Source: Patescibacteria group bacterium (GTDB lineage: Bacteria; Patescibacteriota; Microgenomatia; UBA8517). From it: DNA of 58,976 nt. Positions 56,338-58,976 of this stretch are shown here, in pieces; within the stretch, counting starts at the first letter, position 1, and each line of letters begins with the position of its first letter. A program made the translations under genes and the position numbers. Under the pieces are notes generated by a model. The model was not told where the DNA came from. It searched no databases and saw only the letters and a program-made list of their open reading frames with translations. The DNA lies in the NCBI GenBank assembly GCA_038061225.1, contig JBBTZT010000003.1, positions 1 to 58,976 of the forward strand, written 5' to 3'.

Positions 56338-57246
56338 ATGTCGCAACCAATATTTGAAATAATAGAAGAAAAAAAAGAAAAAAATTATTCAGTACTGGCC
56401 ATAACTCCATTGGAGCAGGGTTATGGTTTTACATTAGGTAATTCATTAAGAAGGGTTTTATTAACTTCACTTCCAGGCGCAGCAATAACATCTGTTAAAA
56501 TTGCAGGTGTTAACCATCAATTTTCAAGTCTTAGTGGTATGAAAGAAGATGTCGTTGAATTTGTATTAAATCTTAAAAAAGTTAGATTGTCATATAAAGG
56601 AGAAAAGGCAGTTAATGCAACTTTAAAAGTAACAACAGCGGGAGAAGTTAAAGCAGTAGATATTAAACTTCCAGCAGGAGTAGAAATATCAAATCCCGAA
56701 TTAGTTTTAGCAGTTTTAAATAAAGGTGCCAAGCTTGATGCAGACATAATTATTGAGTCGGGTTCAGGTTATATTCCAGCAGATACAAGAAGTTCTACTG
56801 AAGTAGGAATGATTCCACTTGATGCATCATTTTCACCTATCGTCAGAGTTAATTACAAAGTTGAAGAAACTCGTGTTGGTAGACTAACAAATTTTGACAA
56901 ACTTACACTTGAAGTCTGGACAGATGGAACTATTAAAGTAAGAGAGGCTGTAGTACAAGCTGCAGATATTTTGGTTAATTATTTTTCACAAATAATTAAA
57001 CCAATTAAAGTTGAAAAGAAAAAAGAAGAAATAGAAGTTAGTGATTTAGGACTAGTAGGAAAACTATCCGTTGAAGAAATTGGACTTCCAACAAGAGTTG
57101 CTAATGCACTTGCAAAAGCAGGTTTTGAAACAGTTGAACTCCTTGTCAAAGCTGATAAAGCTGAATTAGTAAAAGTAAGAAATTTAGGAGAAAAATCTCT
57201 AAAAATTATTTCAGCAGCTTTAGGTGAGAAAGGGGTAAGTTTTTAG
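56338..57246 (+). CDS. rpoA: RNA polymerase alpha subunit
   Basis: PLEQGYGFTLGNSLRRVLL, DASFSPI, alpha-CTD NLGEKSL. Confidence 0.99.
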   Translation: MSQPIFEIIEEKKEKNYSVLAITPLEQGYGFTLGNSLRRVLLTSLPGAAITSVKIAGVNHQFSSLSGMKEDVVEFVLNLKKVRLSYKGEKAVNATLKVTTAGEVKAVDIKLPAGVEISNPELVLAVLNKGAKLDADIIIESGSGYIPADTRSSTEVGMIPLDASFSPIVRVNYKVEETRVGRLTNFDKLTLEVWTDGTIKVREAVVQAADILVNYFSQIIKPIKVEKKKEEIEVSDLGLVGKLSVEEIGLPTRVANALAKAGFETVELLVKADKAELVKVRNLGEKSLKIISAALGEKGVSF

Positions 57247-57247
57247 T

Positions 57248-57670
57248 ATGGTCAAAAGAGTTTTTGGAAGAAAGCTTTCTCGAGAAAGATCTTCTAGAGA
57301 ATTATTGTTTGTGTCTTTGATTGAGAGTTTAGTGCATCACGGACAAATCAAAACAACTAAAGCTAAAGCAAAATCAATCATCGGTTTAATAGACCGATTG
57401 GTTGTTTTGGCAAAAAAAGGAACATTAGCATCAAAAAGACAAATTTTAAAAAGACTAAAAGGAAATAAAGAAATTTCAACTTTATTCTGGACAAATATTG
57501 CTAAAATATTTGAAACTAGAAATGGTGGGTATACAAGAATTATTCCCCTAACACAAAGAAAAGGTGATATGGCAGAAATGGTTAGAATTGAATGGACTGA
57601 AAAAATGAAATCCAACGTAGGCGCTACAAAAAAAAATGAAAACATATCAACCAAAACAAAAAGAAGTTAA
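57248..57670 (+). CDS. rplQ: 50S ribosomal protein bL17
   Basis: IKTTKAKAK, RNGGYTRII, RKGDMA. Confidence 0.97.
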   Translation: MVKRVFGRKLSRERSSRELLFVSLIESLVHHGQIKTTKAKAKSIIGLIDRLVVLAKKGTLASKRQILKRLKGNKEISTLFWTNIAKIFETRNGGYTRIIPLTQRKGDMAEMVRIEWTEKMKSNVGATKKNENISTKTKRS

Positions 57671-58052
57671 AAGAGCTTGGCACTTAATTGACGCCCAAGG
57701 GGAAGTTCTTGGAAGATTGGCAAGTAAAGTTGCCATACTTTTGATGGGTAAACAAAAGTCTACTTACTCAACTCATATGGATTCTGGAGATAATGTAGTA
57801 GTTATCAATGCAGAAAAAATTACTACTACAGGTAAAAAAGCAGAACAAAAAGTTTATAGAAGTCATTCAGGATATCCAGGTGGTTTTAAGGAAGTTAGTT
57901 TTGAAAAAATGGCGAAAGTCCACCCAGCAAGAATTATTGAATTTGCAGTTTCTGGGATGCTTCCTGATAATAGATTAAAATCGGATAGAATGGCAAGATT
58001 ACATATTACAAAAGGAGAAAAACATAAATATGACAATAACTTCAAGAAATAA
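57636..58052 (+). CDS. rplM: 50S ribosomal protein uL13
   Basis: WHLIDA...LGRLAS, DSGDNVVVINA, HSGYPGG. Confidence 0.99.
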   Translation: MKTYQPKQKEVKRAWHLIDAQGEVLGRLASKVAILLMGKQKSTYSTHMDSGDNVVVINAEKITTTGKKAEQKVYRSHSGYPGGFKEVSFEKMAKVHPARIIEFAVSGMLPDNRLKSDRMARLHITKGEKHKYDNNFKK

Positions 58053-58058
58053 CTGATT

Positions 58059-58463
58059 ATGAATCACAAAAAAAATTATATATATGCAGTTGGTAGAAGG
58101 AAAAGTTCTTCTGCTAGGGTTCGTTTATTTAAAGGTAGCGGTGAAAGTCTAATTAATAATAAAAAAATATCAGAAGTCTATGAAAACAAAACTGCATTAA
58201 TTATATTAGATAAACCATTTAAAGTTACTAATACACAGGGTAAGTATTTTTTCACAGCTAAAGTTTCAGGTGGTGGTAAAGAAGGACAAATGGAAGCAAT
58301 TATTCATGGAGTTTCAAGAGCATTGATTAAGATCAATGCAGATAAATTCCGCGTACCGCTAAAAGAAAAAAAACTTTTAACTAGAGATCCAAGAGAAAGA
58401 CAAAGAAGAATGGTTGGAACAGGTGGAAAAGCAAGACGCAAGAAACAATCGCCTAAAAGATAG
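58059..58463 (+). CDS. rpsI: 30S ribosomal protein uS9
   Basis: GRRKSSSARV, GGGKEGQ, LTRDPR...KAR..QSPKR. Confidence 0.99.
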   Translation: MNHKKNYIYAVGRRKSSSARVRLFKGSGESLINNKKISEVYENKTALIILDKPFKVTNTQGKYFFTAKVSGGGKEGQMEAIIHGVSRALIKINADKFRVPLKEKKLLTRDPRERQRRMVGTGGKARRKKQSPKR

Positions 58464-58563
58464 TAGTGCAAAACTGTCACCGATTGATGCAATTAGATAC
58501 AAATAGAACAAAACAATCACCAGCTATTTGTCTTTGGTCATTTGTCACTGATAAAATAAAACA

Positions 58564-58917
58564 ATGTATAGATTTGAAAAACTTAGAGTATATGATGATG
58601 CTTTAAATCTAGTCGAGGATATTTATAAATTGACAAAGTTAATTCCAAAAACAGAAACTTTTGCTTTAATCGACCAAATTAAGCGAGCTTCAACTTCAAT
58701 TGTTTTAAATATTGCTGAAGGTTCAGGAAGTGAAAGTGATAAAGGATTTAAAAATTTCTTAAGAATTGCATTAAAGTCGCTATATGAAACAGTTGCTTGC
58801 CTAAAACTTGTAAGTCGCTTATTTAAAATAAATACAGAAATTTATTTACAAAAATGTGAGTTAGTTGGAAGAGAACTAAATGGTTTAATTAAATCTATGT
58901 CTAAAGCTAATGGCTAA
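58564..58917 (+). CDS. Four-helix-bundle protein (23S rRNA intervening-sequence protein family)
   Basis: F..L.VY..A..L...IY.LT...P..E.F.L..QI.RA..SI..NIAEG.G....K.F..FL.IA..S..E pattern. Confidence 0.9.
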   Translation: MYRFEKLRVYDDALNLVEDIYKLTKLIPKTETFALIDQIKRASTSIVLNIAEGSGSESDKGFKNFLRIALKSLYETVACLKLVSRLFKINTEIYLQKCELVGRELNGLIKSMSKANG

Positions 58918-58950
58918 CGGCAAATGACTGTTTTGTTTTATATTGTTTTA

Positions 58951-58976
58951 CGGGGAGTAGTTTAAAAGCAGAATCC
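58951..58976 (+). tRNA. Probable tRNA 5' half, truncated by the window end (isotype unknown)
   Basis: CGGGGAG (acceptor strand), T8-A9, D-stem GTTT/GAAT around a short loop; GC-rich onset after an AT-rich spacer. Confidence 0.55.

Noticed and set aside
58464-58950. 23S rRNA with an intervening sequence
   Set aside because: No rRNA sequence flanks the gene. The neighbours are rpsI and a probable tRNA.
1-58976. Alternative genetic code (TGA recoded, as in some CPR lineages)
   Set aside because: TGA terminates rnj, rplX, vapC and others at the expected positions, and conserved genes have no in-frame TGA.

Overview
AT-rich, gene-dense core region of a CPR/Patescibacteria genome, most likely Microgenomates. 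This assignment is an inference from the absence of rpmD, the trimmed IF2, AlaS and ribosomal proteins, and the CPR-type FtsA-like/baseplate-J, sortase, yqgF, mltG cluster. The genetic code appears to be standard code 11, since TGA ends genes. Gene order: a minus-strand rpsT-pilN-pilO-surface protein operon; murJ; a vapBC-type TA pair; hrcA-grpE-dnaK-dnaJ; nusA-infB-DHH-like; a small accessory island (TA relic, two paralogous WKTY-type membrane proteins, three microproteins); rpsO-pnp; a protease-less Lon; two phosphatases; a free-standing LAGLIDADG gene before udg; rnj-ftsK-rodZ-like-alaS; the envelope cluster; rpoBC; the str, S10, spc and alpha operons; rplM-rpsI; a four-helix-bundle (IVP-family) gene; and a probable tRNA cut by the window end. 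Most notable observations: (1) the LAGLIDADG gene sits between an apparent 5' remnant of udg and a complete udg with a different N-terminus; (2) the four-helix-bundle gene is enclosed by nested long-range RNA helices, like an rRNA intervening sequence but outside rRNA; (3) two families of micro-repeats (GC-rich mini-hairpins and AT-rich 7-mers) occur at gene junctions and in frame inside essential proteins; (4) EF-G has altered G4/G5 guanine-specificity motifs, and RNAP and S12 carry unusual substitutions at conserved sites; (5) many promoters are positioned to give leaderless mRNAs. All family assignments come from motif recognition by eye, and no database searches were run.
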